In this document: in pieces, positions 26,001 through 39,644 of the stretch
Numbering within the stretch: the stretch's first letter is position 1
How the letters are laid out: each line of letters begins with the position of its first letter
NCBI RefSeq assembly: GCF_009914755.1
Contig: NC_060938.1
Reading direction: 5' to 3' (one strand)
Length of the DNA: 64,000 bases
Source: the human T2T-CHM13v2.0 reference genome, Homo sapiens
Made by a program: the position numbers and the translations under genes
Notes under the pieces: model-generated
What the model saw: only the letters and a program-made list of their open reading frames with translations
What the model was told of the DNA's origin: nothing
Database searches by the model: none

Positions 26001-27309
26001 CTATATGAGACTCAGCTTCTTGTCTTCCTAGCTTCCCTGAGGAGGAAGGTTAGATTGAAAAACTAAAGAGAAAACCTATGCAGACCTTTGTAGTCGGTCA
26101 CATCTGCTTTCTATACTACTATAATGAATTACTAATTATGTGACTTTGTCCAATTTCATATGCTCCCCCAACCCCAATTTTCTGATACATTAAATGAAGC
26201 AAAGAATATTACCCATCTAAGAGTGTCACGGTGATGAGTGTAAACAGTTGATGTAGTGTTTTCAGTACACACAGTGGTCAGTAATTTTCCTTTTTCCCTG
26301 TGCTCTTGCCAGCTCCGGTTGTCAATGTCATGCTGACCTCATTAAACAAGTTGAGGCGTGTTATTCTAAGGCCTGGAAAAATGTGTAAGCTTAACGTCAG
26401 TTTTTCCTTAGATGTGTGGTAGAATTTGCCAGAGAAACCATCTGGGCTTAGAATTTTCTTTGAGAGATATTTTTATTTATGGATTTAATTTCTTTCATAG
26501 TTAGAGAACTATTCAGATTTTCTATTTCTTTAATTTTTTTTTGAAATTTGCCCATTTAATCTAATTTCTAAAGCTTACTTATACAAAGTTTTCATACTAT
26601 CTTCTAATTACCTCTTTAGCATGTTTCAGATCTACAGTAAATGGTCCATTTTTCATTCCTGGCCTAGCTTATTTGTGCTTCATTTTTTTTTTAAATCAAT
26701 CGTTAAAATTATGGCATATTCAAAGAACCGACTTTTGGAGTTCTTGATTTGTCTAATTTTATGTTTGCTTTCTATTTCATTAATTTTTGTTCTGCTTATT
26801 TCCTTTTTTCTACGTTGTTTTGTATCATTTGTGCTTCTTTTTCTAATTTCTTGAGATGATTACCTCGTGGATATTTTTTCCTTTATAGGAAAATATATGT
26901 CTTAGAAGCAGTAAAATTTCCTCCTAAACATAGTGCTAGATGTGTCTCCAAAGATTTTTAACAGCTTTATTGTGATATAATTTATATACCATAAAACTCA
27001 CTCATTGTCAGTGTCTAATCCAATGATTTTTACTTAAGTCATAGACTTGTGCCATTTTCACCAGAATCCAGGTTTAGAACCTATCTGTCACCACAAAGAT
27101 CTGCAGGAACCCTTTTGCTGTCAATTGACCCTCTCAAATGTGTAGAGCCAGAAAGTGGACCAGCTATAACCCTAGGCCACCACTGATCCACTTTCTGGCT
27201 CTACACATTTGCCTCTTCTGGATAATTTACATAAGTGGACTCATAGGTAGCATTATGGGTCTAGCTTTTTTCACTTAGCACGACATTTTCAAGATGCAAC
27301 CACATTCTA

Positions 27310-27724
27310 CACGTGGCCCTTGAACAACATGGGGGTTAGGGGAACCAATCCTCCATGCAGTTGAAGATTCACAAATAACTTTTGACTCCCCAAAACTTAA
27401 GTACTAATAGCCTACTGTTGACCGGAAGCCTTACTTATAACGTAAATAGTCAATTAATATGCATTTTGTTGTTATAGCATTATATAGCATATGCTTACAA
27501 TAAGGTAAGCTAGAGAAAAGAACATGTTATTTAAAAAATCATAAGGAAGAGAAAATATATTTTCTGTTTATTAAGTGGAAATAGATAATCATAAATGTTT
27601 TCACCCTCCTTGTGTTCATGTTGAGTAGGCTGAGGAGGAGGAGAAAGAGGAGGGGTTGGTCTTGCCATCTCAGGATTGACAGAGGAGGGAGAAAGTCAAA
27701 CGTGCTTTATTCAAGGGTTAACTA
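27310..27724. mobile_element. Tigger2a/MER28-like DNA transposon
   Basis: Inverted termini cccttgaacaac...ttattcaagggttaact with TA flanks; internal aacttttgactccccaaaacttaa. Confidence 0.8.
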
Positions 27725-29529
27725 TAGTAAGATCATTAGCTCATTCCTTTTTATTGCTGAATAGTATTCCATTGTGTAAAATTTTATTAATCAATTCACC
27801 AGTTGATAAATATTTAGATTGTTTCCAGTTTGAGGCTATTATTCATATGTGAATTGATATTATTCATATAGTATTGTATTCATATATTTATTTATCCATT
27901 TAGGAATTCATTTTGTTCATATAGACTTGTGTTCATGTGCAAGTCTCTTTTTGTATAGACTTATGTTTTCATTTCTCTTTGTAGAATTGTTGAGTCATAT
28001 GTTCACATTTGACATTTTATGAAAGTGCCAAATTATTTTACAAAGTGACAGCACCATTTTATAATCTCACCAGCAATGTGTGAGAGTTCTAAGTTCACCA
28101 TCTTAATAAACACTTGATATTTTCTGTTTTTTTGTTTTAGACATACTAGTGGTTGTGTGGTTGTAGCTCATTATAGTTTTAATTTGCATTTTCCTACTGA
28201 CCAAATAGAGTGCCTTTTCATGTGTTTATTAGCCATCCATATGTCTTCTTTGGTGAATGTCTATTCAAGTCATTTGTCATTTTTAAATTGGGTTAAGTCA
28301 TTTGTTTTATTATTGAGTTATAAGAGTTCTTTATATATTTTGGATACAAGTTCTTTATCAGTGATATGATTTGCTAACATTTTTTTTCCTATCTGTAGCT
28401 TGCCTTAAATTTTTTTTATTTTAGAAGTTTTAGATTGACAGAAAAATTGCAAAGATATTATAGAGAGGTCCTATATACCCCATACCCAGTTTTCCATATT
28501 ATTGACAACTTATATTTACATATGTTCATTGTAATTAATAAACCAATATTGATACATTATCATTATCTAAAGTCTATACTTTATTAATATTTCAATGTGA
28601 ATCTTTCTTACCAAATGTCCTTTTTTATTCTGGGATCACATCCAGGATACCACGGAACACGTAGTCATCATGTTTCCTTAGGCTTCTCTTGGCTGTGACA
28701 GTTTCTTTCCGTGGTTTTGATGACCTCGCCAGTTTTGAGGCCTACTGGTCAAATATTTTGTAAACTGCCCTCTAGTGAAACTTGTCTGATGTTTTTCATG
28801 ACTATATTGGGGTTATGGGTTTTTCAGAGGAAGACCACAGATATAAAGTGCCATTTTGATCACATCACATCAAGAGTACATACTATCAACATGACTTATC
28901 ACTGTCGATGTTGACCTTGATCACCTGTTTGTCGTGTTTATCCAATTTCTTCACCATAAAGTTACTCTTTTATACACTGCCCTTCTTGGAAGGAGTCACT
29001 ATGTGTAGCCCACACTTAAGGTGAAAGGAATTAAGCTCTACCTCCTTGAGGCTATTTACATAGTGTATTTGAAATTATTCTGCATTGCAGATTTATCTCT
29101 TCTTTCCAATTTATTAATTTATTCAATAATTTATTTATAATAGTATGGACTCATAAATATTTATTTTATACTCTTGAGTTGTAGCCTATTATATATGCAC
29201 ACTGTTATAATCTATAATACTACTTCACTTATTTTTTGTTAAAATTGACCCAACTTGGATCATTGGGAGCTCTTTCAGTTGACTCCTGTGTTCCACTGAC
29301 ATACTCCCAGCACTGTGATGGTTTTTAAAACACTTCCTTATTTCCTGGCAATACAAGATGCTCCAGCATCATTTTGTGTATTTCTTGCCCCAGTCCTAGA
29401 CTCAGTCATTTCTTCAAGGAGGCCTGGTTACTTCTACTGAAGAATGGTGTTAGAAACCAAGATCCTGTTGCTCTGTGTGCTCACTGCTGCTGAAGTATCA
29501 TTGCTTCTAGACCCTCTCAGCTGACAGAG

Positions 29530-29872
29530 TGTATTATTCCATTCTCACATGGCTATGAATAAATACCCGAGTCTGGGTAATTTATAAAGAAAAGAGATTT
29601 AATTGACTCACAGTTCCGCATGGCTGGGGAGGCCTCAGGAAACTTACAATCATGTTGGAAAGCACCTCTTCACAGGGAGGCAGGAGAGAGAATGAGTGCC
29701 AGCAGGGGAAATGCCAAAGACTAATAAAACCATCAGATCTCGTGAGACTCACTCACTATCATGAGAACAGCATGGGGGAAATTGCCCTGATGATCCAATT
29801 ACCTCCACCTTGACATGTGGGGATTACAATTTAAGATGAGATTTTAGGTGGGGACACAGCCAAACCATATCA
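29530..29872 (-). mobile_element. MaLR solo LTR (MSTA/THE1-type)
   Basis: tgtatta...ccaaaccatatca with perfect 5-bp TSD CAGAG. Confidence 0.9.
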
Positions 29873-30677
29873 CAGAGTAAGGGAATATATGTATATACAC
29901 AAACCAGTGCCTATACACATATCTTAGCATTTATACGTATAACCATCTATCTCTAGATTAAATAGCAAATCACGAGTTTATACTAATATCTCCAACTCTA
30001 AGTCATAGACCATCTCAGTTTCCTCTTACTTATCTGTCACCACCCGCCCCAACCTGGCTCCCACCACCCACCTTCCATTTACTTCATTTGGCTAATTGTT
30101 TAATTCCTGTATACATGCATATTGGTATCAGAATTGTTAACTTGTACCCCTGTGGGAAACAACTTTTCTAACTAGAGCACCATGCTTACATGCAATTTAT
30201 TTTTCCTTTACTCTTTCTCCAGTCATTTCTAAAGTTACTCACGTCAGCAACCCCTATCCTGTCAGTGAAGTTGTTTCATGTATTTCTAATACAATTAGAT
30301 TGTTTGGTCATATTCTACTTTTTATCCTGAGATCCTCCAACTCTTTGATGAGTATTCCTTAATTTGCAGGTTCATATTTTGTGTTGTAAAGTTCTATGGG
30401 CTTTGACAAATGTGTAGTGTCATGTGTGTGCCATTATAGCACTGTACAAAATAGTTTCATCACCCTAAAAAATAGCCTGTGTTTCAACTATTTTACCCTT
30501 CACTCCTTCCCCTGAACTCCTGGCAACTACTGGTCTTTTTACTGTTGCTACAGTTTTGCCTTTTCCAGAATATCTTATAATTGAAGTCATATAATATGTA
30601 GCCTGACTTCTTTCAGTATGCAGATTGACTTATTTCACTTAGAAATATGCACTTAAGGTCTCTCCATGTCTCTTTAA

Positions 30678-31118
<441 letters not shown>

Positions 31119-31769
31119 TTGCTCACAGTTTTTAACGATTATGAACTATAAACCCTTGGGTACAGGTTCTTGTGTGGAGAAAGCTTTCTAATTGGTTGAG
31201 TAAATATCTGAGATAATGATTGCTGCATCTTGTGATAAGACTGTGTTTCAGTTTGTAAGAAACTTGTGGCTGGACTTTTAATTTTCCTAGTAGCATCTTT
31301 TGAAGTATAAACATTTGCTTTAGTAAAGGCCAATTTACCATCTTTTTTCTTTTATTGATCATGCTTTTGGTGTCATATATAGGAATGCCTTACCTAACCT
31401 GAGGTCATAAAATGTTTCTCCTATGGTTTATTGTAGAACTTTTATTGTTTTAGCTTTTACATCTAAGTCTGGTTCATTTTAAGTTAATTTTTGTGTACAG
31501 TATAAGAAAGTGGGGCATATGTTCTTTCTTTTTGTTGCATATAGATATCCAATTGTCCTAGGCCAATACGTTGAAAAGACCATGCTGTTGCATTTTCTTG
31601 GGATCTTTTTTGAAAAATTATTGAGCATTATTAATATATGAGTTTCTTCCTTATAATTATATACGCTACATTTAATCATCCTCTAGTTCTTTAGATAGCA
31701 TTATTGGGTCAGTATATTCCCATATTTTCTGTCTCTCCTTTCACCTCTACATTTAGGGAGTTAGTTTAG

Positions 31770-33690
31770 GCCACTGTCGCAATAGTTGAGGAGAAACTTA
31801 ATAGTAGCTTGGACAAGAGGGTAGCAGTGGACATGGTGAGAAGTAGTTGGATTTTAGATATATTTTAGAGGTAGGGCTGATGGTATTTGCTGACAGTGTT
31901 TGCTGACAGATGCAATGTGTGGTGTAAGAAAAAAATGACAGGTCAAGGATGACTCCAAAGGTATGAACCCAAGCAATTGGAAGGATGACATTACTGTTAC
32001 CTATTAACTAAAATGAGAAGACTGAAAGTGGAGCCAGTTTGGCTGTAGGGATCAGGAGCTCAGTTGTAAATATGTTATGTTTGAGATGGCTATCAGATGG
32101 CCAGTATGCAGTTGGATGTATGAGTCTGGAGTTCAGAGGTGACATTTGTGCTAGAGATACAAATTTAGGAGCATCAGGTTTTAGATGGCTTTTAAGATCC
32201 ATGAGACCAGATGAGATCACCTAGGGACTGAGTGTAGATGGAAAAGAAAAATGGCTCAAGGACTGAGTCCTGGGACATTCAAAAGTTAAAGAGTTGGGGA
32301 GGTGAGGCAGAGCCAGGATAGGACGCTGAGAAGCAGCAGCCAGCTGGGCACAGGAGAGCACAAGATGACCAGGAGAGTGTGTGTGTCCTGGAAGCCAAGC
32401 GATGAGAATATTTCTAGAGCCACAGTGATAAATTCTGTCCACTGATGCTAAACAATCAGGAAAAATGCAGACTAACAACTGTTGGAGGAATTAGCAATTG
32501 ATCATGGGTGACTAGCCAAGAGTAGTTGGGTGCAATGGTGGTGGGATTGGTGGGGATGGAGAAGGAGCTTGAGTGGAGCATCTTTGAGAGAAGGAAAGGA
32601 GATGATTTTGTGGGATGACCACCTCGTCCTGGTTTGTCTGGGAACTTTCCTGGTTTTAGCATGAAAGTTTGCATCCTATGACTTCTGGTTTGAAAACTGA
32701 AAGATCCCATGTCCTGGAACCCTTTCATTTCCAGGCAAACTGGAGTGGCTAGTCACCTCAATTTGAAGACAGGGGAATAAATATGTTTTTCAAGAAATGG
32801 TGTGTTAACTGGAGGAGCAAATGATATCTATCTATCATCTACCTACCTACCTACTATCTATCTATCTATTTGAATATGGAGGCAAAAACGCGTGTTTGCA
32901 TCCTGATAGAAAAAGCCCAGTAGATAGGGAAGATTTATGAGTTAGGAGTAAGAGGGAAGGGTAGCTGGTGCAATGTCTTCATTATTGTATTTTATTTGAG
33001 TGAGATAAAATACAATGGCAGCATCAGTGGATGGGTGGCCCTAGCGAGGAGCATGGCCAGTCATCCATTGTGGCAGGAGGGATGGCAGAGGCATGGCTAG
33101 AGCGGCAGGTGAGTGGGCAGATGATTGCCTAAATTTTGCCAGTGAAAAAGGAAGTGATGTCATCAGCTCAGAGTAATTTGGGGATGAGGGTGTGGGAGGT
33201 GAGGGTATGAGAATGAAGGCATAAAGTATTTATTTAGGGCAGTGGGAATATGGAATGGTTCAGGGAGTAGAGAATGCTTGCTCTCCAGGATCCAAGCTCT
33301 CTTGAGGTTAGTGATCATGGATTTAAAACGGGGCTAGCCTGCATAGTGTGGTTTTCTCTGGCTACATTCAACAGCTCGAGTGTTGGCACGGAACAGGAAG
33401 AGAGTTGGAGGACTTGTCAAGCAGCCCTGATAAAGCAAGAGGAGGACAAAGGAGCAGAGGCTGTGACTGATTATGACATTGAAGCTGGGCAAGAAGGAAG
33501 TGAGGACCCAAGAGAAGAGAGAGAAATGAAAACCAGTAGAATCAATGGATTTGCATCCCAGTGGGACTAGAGGATTGTTGGAGTTGGGTGCCAAAAGGAA
33601 TGAGCTAGAAAGAAAGGAGGTGGTGGTTGGTCTGAGAGTAGAATACTTGAGATGGTGGGGGTTAACTGTTGTAACAACAGTGTCTATGGA
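31770..33690. mobile_element. L2 fragments with a nested MER96-like hAT element (about 32611-32760)
   Basis: L2 phrases (gtcaaggatgactcc, gtttgagatgg, ctggagttcag); inverted ends gggatgacc...gtcacc. Confidence 0.65.
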
Positions 33691-34927
33691 ATGACTGTAA
33701 GAGCAGTCAAAGTCCTGTCAACTTGCAGCTGTTTTCTGGCACCAGCTCAAAGTGAGGCTACACCCTTCTCCCTCTTGCACATGAGTCAGACTCTGTCACT
33801 ACTGGGCTGCTTGCCCACTCAGCTTAAAACCGTCTGGCACACCTCCCAGCAAGAACATGGATTCTATTTGAAGAACAGGAAAATATGTCACACTGATGAA
33901 CATTTGCCCACACACCCAGGGTGGCTGCATGATGGCAGCATGTTGTATACACCTGTGTGATGAGTTCTTGTAGGGTGGACACATCACCTCCATCTCTATG
34001 TCCTTTCAGCCCTAGAACTGTGCCTGGCACACAGTTGCTACTCAATGGATGCTTACTCAAATGACTTATATAGGATTGACTGCTAAATGGAGACTGTTAT
34101 GAAGATGTCAGTCTCTGCTCTGCAGTCTCCTCTGATGCAGGCGATTCCCTCATGGAGAGAATTTTACAGGTGGAGTTCAGGGAGCCTTTGTTCTTGCTTC
34201 CCTGAATCCTTTGCAGGAACACAGCTGAGGCATGTAAATGGCCTTCAAATGCAGCATAATACCAAGTGGCTCTCTTTTCAAAGAGACTCAGAGACAATCC
34301 CTGCATGCTTTCCTTCTCAGACACTTGTGGAGGAGACCTAAAACCCCATTCGACCCATCGGATACCAGCGGGCAGCAATGACAGGATGGTCCTGCCCCCT
34401 CCATGTCACAAACATGTTCCCAGGACACTCTCCACAGAGTCCCCAAGTCCTGCCAGGGGGACAGCCAGTCCATCATCACCAGAACACCCACCCCTGCCAC
34501 ACACACACAGTTCATTTGCTGCTTTATGAAGCCGATCTTTCAAAGGAGAACAACAGTTCTGCTACAATCCAGGTGGCAAGGGTCTGAGAAAACTGGAAGC
34601 CAGGGAAAAGTCCAGAAGCCAGCAGAGGATAGGAAGCTGGTGAAAGTCCATGAGAGTGACTTAGGTCTAAGATCCTCATTGCATGAAGGCAGTGAATGAG
34701 TTTGGCTGGTAATCTGTGTAACCGTGGACCTTGGTTTGCGGATCTGTGAAATGGGAAAATCACTCACAGGTGCTTTGTGCAGACCAGAGGATGGAGCCAT
34801 AAGTTGCGAGCTGTGTTGATGAGCTCCAGCCATGGTTTTCCTTTTTCTTCAGGAGGCCCGAGCATTGCCCAGCACTGGGAGGGTTAGGGGTGGGGGCAAG
34901 GAGGCATGAGCTTTTGTCACCTAATGG

Positions 34928-35120
34928 TGACTTTGCTTTGGGATTCATTACTTTCCCCAAGAAGGGGAGGTTGCAGCTGCCTTCCTCAAAAATTAATAGT
35001 AGGAAGGGCCTGTTGAAATGGAGGTTGGGGAGAAAGTGGTGGGGGGAGGGACTGGAGGTCGGTGACATCTTCCTCTTCTACTCCTTCCTCTTCCTTGGTC
35101 AGTTCCACCCTGTGCTCTGC
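34928..35120 (-). pseudogene. Decayed clade-A serpin gene, last exon (exon V-like: hinge, reactive-centre loop, serpin signature)
   Basis: Acceptor AG 35122-35121, phase 0; AEHRVELTKEEEGVEEEDVTDLQSL.../+1 frameshift/..PNLHFNRPFLLLIFEEGSCNLPFLGKVMNPKAK; 193 nt versus 192 nt for SERPINA2 exon V; TCA at the position of the SERPINA2 TAA stop. Confidence 0.9.
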
Positions 35121-35566
35121 CTTTGAGGGACCACGGTTCACAGTGTTGATCCCAGCAGAAGTTGTCCCTTCCTCCAGGAGGTGCCACACTGAACCTCAGT
35201 CTGAGCTTGGCCCAGGAGGTCCAGATTCGAGTCCTGGTTCTGTCCTGACTAGAGGCATGACCTAGTGCATCCTGTTCCCTGGTGGAGTCTCAGTTTCTTC
35301 ATCTGCTCCTTCCCTCCCCACCAGGAGTGGGGGTGCTTGCCTTAGCACCCAGCTTGGGAAACCCTTCCCCCATGTCACAGGCCCAGCTCGCTCCTCAGAT
35401 CAGCTGTCCTCAGGACACCAGTGGGTGTTGTAATTTGACATTTCCACCTTTGGCTTCCCCCAGCAGTGGAGCGGCTTCACAGTAACTCCACTGGTGCACG
35501 GTGAATGTGTGAGAAAATGTATGCACTTTTAGAAATGACCGGACACTGGTGGGTTTTAACTTTTAC

Positions 35567-35715
35567 CTTGAAGGCCTTCATGGGTGTGGTTTGCAGAGAA
35601 ATTCTCAAGGCCTGCATGGTAACTGAATATAGCTGAGATGCCCATTTTGGGCAAGAGCTGGTCCAATTGAATATTCCCAGGTAGGGAGAATTTTGGAAAA
35701 TATGGCCTCCTCCTT
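35567..35715 (-). pseudogene. Decayed serpin gene, exon IV-like
   Basis: Pyrimidine tract + AG (35717-35716), phase 2; RRRRPYFPKFSLPGNIQLDQLLPKMGISAIFSYHAG/frameshift/ISLQTTPMKAFK then GTAAAA donor; 149 nt versus 148 nt for SERPINA2 exon IV. Confidence 0.88.
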
Positions 35716-36259
35716 CTGTTCAGGGGAGTGAGAGGAGAAAACAGAGCTGAAATAATGTCATCTACTAAACTGCCCCAGTTAGCAATCTCACTGCAGAATA
35801 ACAGAATAAAATTAACGTCAGCTGTGTTTCCCGAATGTGCCTGCAATACACGGGTCTGTGCCAGGTTCTTTACAAGGAAATTTTGATTCATCCTCACTGT
35901 AATCCCAGGGACTGAGTGCCCCAAATACCCACTTTACAAATGAGAAAATGGAGGGTTGAAGAAGTTGAGAGATTTGCCCAGCAGTTAGGAACATGGTTTG
36001 TAAAAAGCTCAGAGTGAACCCAATGCTGAAGCCTCTTCTCCAGCTGCATTGCTGCTTCTCCAACTGGATGTGGCCTGCTCCTGAGTGCAGTGGAATAGGA
36101 GCATCTCTCTGTCCGTCTGCTTACCTTTGTTCCAACACATAGCCTCGCCCTGTTTTCTTCGCTCTCTAAGCCCAGCCTCGAGGGCCTCAAAGGTCCCAGG
36201 GGAGGATTGAGAGCTCCCTTTTCTTGTGTTTACCTTTTTAAGTCTTACATCAATGGCAC

Positions 36260-36665
36260 ATGATGGGTGCATGCTCTCTTAGAAGTGGAATCTAAAAAGT
36301 CCAACTGTTAGAAGCAGGAGCAGGAAGGGGTGGCCAGGGGCTGGGGAGAGGGAAGATGGCAGAAGTTGATCAAGGGGAAAAAGTTCAGATGAACACATTC
36401 CGGATTTCTACTGTGCACCACGTGCCTAGAAGTATGTATACAGCGCTGTGTGCTTGAAATGTATTAAGAGACTAGATCTTAAGTATTCTCACCATACAAA
36501 CAAAAATGGTACTCATGTGAGGTGATGGATCTGTGAATTAGTTTGATTGTGGGAATCATGTTCAATGTATACACGCATTGAAACAGCACGTTGGACACCT
36601 TAAACATACACAGCTTTTATTTGTGAATTCTACTTCGAGAAAGCTGGAAACAGATAAAAATGAAA
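36260..36665 (+). mobile_element. L1 3' end fragment (L1MA/MB-like)
   Basis: gtggaatctaaaaag...tagatcttaagtattctcaccatac...gtgaggtgatgga. Confidence 0.7.
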
Positions 36666-37124
36666 AGCACAAATTAGAAAACAAAGACAAACCATCTGTG
36701 GGCACAATTTCTGTATGGCAGCCTGATTGTGACTTGTGTCCACAGCCTGGGGGATGACTCACCATTGAGAATTTATCTTCCCAGCTTTAGTTTCCCAACT
36801 GCCTTGGCCATAAGAAAGCGTGCCTTCTTCCCTCTTCCCACCATGACTCACCTAGTAGCTTCCTGGTGGCAGGATGCTGGAGCCTCCTAGCAGCTCCAGC
36901 GTGGATAAACCAAGCAAAGTGGGGTGTGGAGGGGAAAGCTGGAGACTGTCAGCCCTCTCCATGGGAAGGGTGCTTGAGGAGTGTGAGAAAGTCCCATCAG
37001 GATGAGCTCAACCCTCAGATCAAGGCAGCCCATTGCATGTCCGTCAGGCCTTCAGTGGGGAATGAAAACTCAGGACTGAGCAAAGTGCACAGTCCCCACC
37101 TTCTAGAATCCCACAGTCCACACA

Positions 37125-38120
37125 CAGTCTAGAATAGGAGTGACTCTGCCCCCCAGGGAACATCTGGCGATGACTGGGGACATTTTTGGTCATCACTACT
37201 GTGGGGGTGTGTGTGCTGCTGGCATCCAATAGGGAGAACATCCAGGGGTGCCGCTAAACATCCTACAATGCACGGGAAAGCCCCTGCACCACGCAGGACC
37301 GTCCAGCCCGTGATGTGCCTGCAGTGCACGGGAAAGCCCCTGCACCACGCAGGACCGTCCAGCCCGTGATGTGCCTGCAGTGCACGGGAAAGCCCCTGCA
37401 CCACGCAGGACCGTCCAGCCCGTGATGTGCCTGCAGTGCACGGGAAAGCCCCTGCACCACGCAGGACCGTCCAGCCCGTGATGTGCCTGCAGTGCACGGG
37501 AAAGCCCCTGCACCACGCAGGACCGTCCAGCCCGTGATGTGCCTGCAGTGCACGGGAAAGCCCCTGAACCACGCAGGACCGTCCAGCCCGTGATGTGCCT
37601 GCAGTGCACGGGAAAGCCCCTGCACCACGCAGGACCGTCCAGCCCGTGATGTGCCTGCAGTGCACGGGAAAGCCCCTGAACCACGCAGGACCGTCCAGCC
37701 CGTGATGTGCCTGCAGTGCACGGGAAAGCCCCTGCACCACACAGGACTTTCCAGCCCGTGATGTGCCTGCAGTGCACCGGAAAGCCCCTGAACCACACAG
37801 GACTTTCCAGCCCGTGATGTGCCTGCAGTGCACGGGAAAGCCCCTGCACCACACAGGACTGTCCAGCCCGTGATGTGCCTGCAGTGCACGGGAAAGCCCC
37901 TGCACCACACAGGACTGTCCAGCCCGTGATGTGCCTGCAGTGCACGGGAAAGGCCCTGCACCACACAGGAATTTCCAGCCCGTGATGTGCCTGCAGTGCA
38001 CGGGAAAGCCCCTGAACCACACAGGACTTTCCAGCCCGTGATGTGCCTACAGTGCACGGGAAAGCCCCTGAACCACACAGGACTTTCCAGCCCGTGATGT
38101 GATGAGGCTGAGAAACCCTG
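37125..38120 (+). mobile_element. MER20 (hAT-Charlie) DNA transposon internally expanded by a minisatellite
   Basis: gccccccagggaacatctggc...gacatttttgg...ctaaacatcctacaatgcac and terminal gaggctgagaaaccctg match the recalled MER20 consensus. Confidence 0.85.
37262..38101. repeat. 56-bp GC-rich minisatellite (likely VNTR), 15 copies
   Basis: Unit CCTGCAGTGCACGGGAAAGCCCCTGCACCACGCAGGACCGTCCAGCCCGTGATGTG; period 56 (37269, 37325, ...). Confidence 0.98.
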
Positions 38121-39057
38121 AGCTGGAAGAAAGGGCTGGGCCTAGGGACAGAAGGATGGGTGGAGAGAAGGCACTCAGGGCACAGCACGTGGGTCACCAC
38201 TTGGTGATTCGTAATGACAGGGCATCTGGAGGATCTATCAGGAAGCAATGTGATTTAGGTCAGAGCTCCCCAGTCCTTAATATGCTCATGAATCTCCTGG
38301 GATCTTATGAAAATGAAGATTCTGGTTCAGTAGGTGTGCGGTGGGGTCTGAGAGCCTCTGATTCTTACAACTCCCGATGAAGCCAGTGATGTTGGTCACA
38401 GACTGCACATTGAGTAGCAAAGACCTCAAATACTTGAGAAAAGCAAGGAACTTGATCACAGAGTGTGGCCAAGAGGAGAGATGTGCAGATGGCTGGAAAG
38501 TGGCTTTTGTGTAAAGCCTCCTTGAGAAGTGACCAGTAAAGAAGCCCGGTCCCGGCTCCCTCTGAGTTAATCACCAATCATGTTGACTGCATCAGTATAT
38601 GAGCTGGAAAGACAGCTCCTTGGCCACTACCGAACTACAGTCCATGGAACCGTAGCTTGTTGAAAGGTCTTTTGTTAAAATGCCTGCCATGTTCACATGC
38701 TGTTTGGGAAATGCTGAGTAAAGCTAAGTCAGACATTGTTCCATTCTGTACAACTTCTCAGTGCTTTGAAGTGCTAAGGTGAATTGCAAATCTCTCAGAG
38801 GAAGATGCAATGTGACAACATGGTGGTCGTGGTGATGATGATGAGAATGATTTTATTGTGCCAGCACAATTGTTTCCATCTCTTGGAGGAGTCAATGGCT
38901 GAATCCTGTTTGATAATTAGTGCGTGACCTAGTCCCACCCCCTCATGTCATGGTCCAGAAGACCAGAGGGATTTCATCCTCCAGCTGCAGAGACTGCAGA
39001 GGTGGATGTCGAAAGGGTTCCACAGCATGCAGGGGGCAGGGGTAGCTGAGGTTTTAC

Positions 39058-39644
<587 letters not shown>

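Noticed and set aside
34760-34927. Long C-terminal tail on the relic serpin's last exon
   Set aside because: Best explained by loss of the ancestral stop (TCA at the TAA position); no serpin similarity beyond it
37129-38248. Three long overlapping ORFs (271-350 aa) and a CRISPR-like look
   Set aside because: The 56-bp unit has no minus-strand stop, so all three frames cycle through the same peptide; units are contiguous with no unique spacers, and the DNA is human
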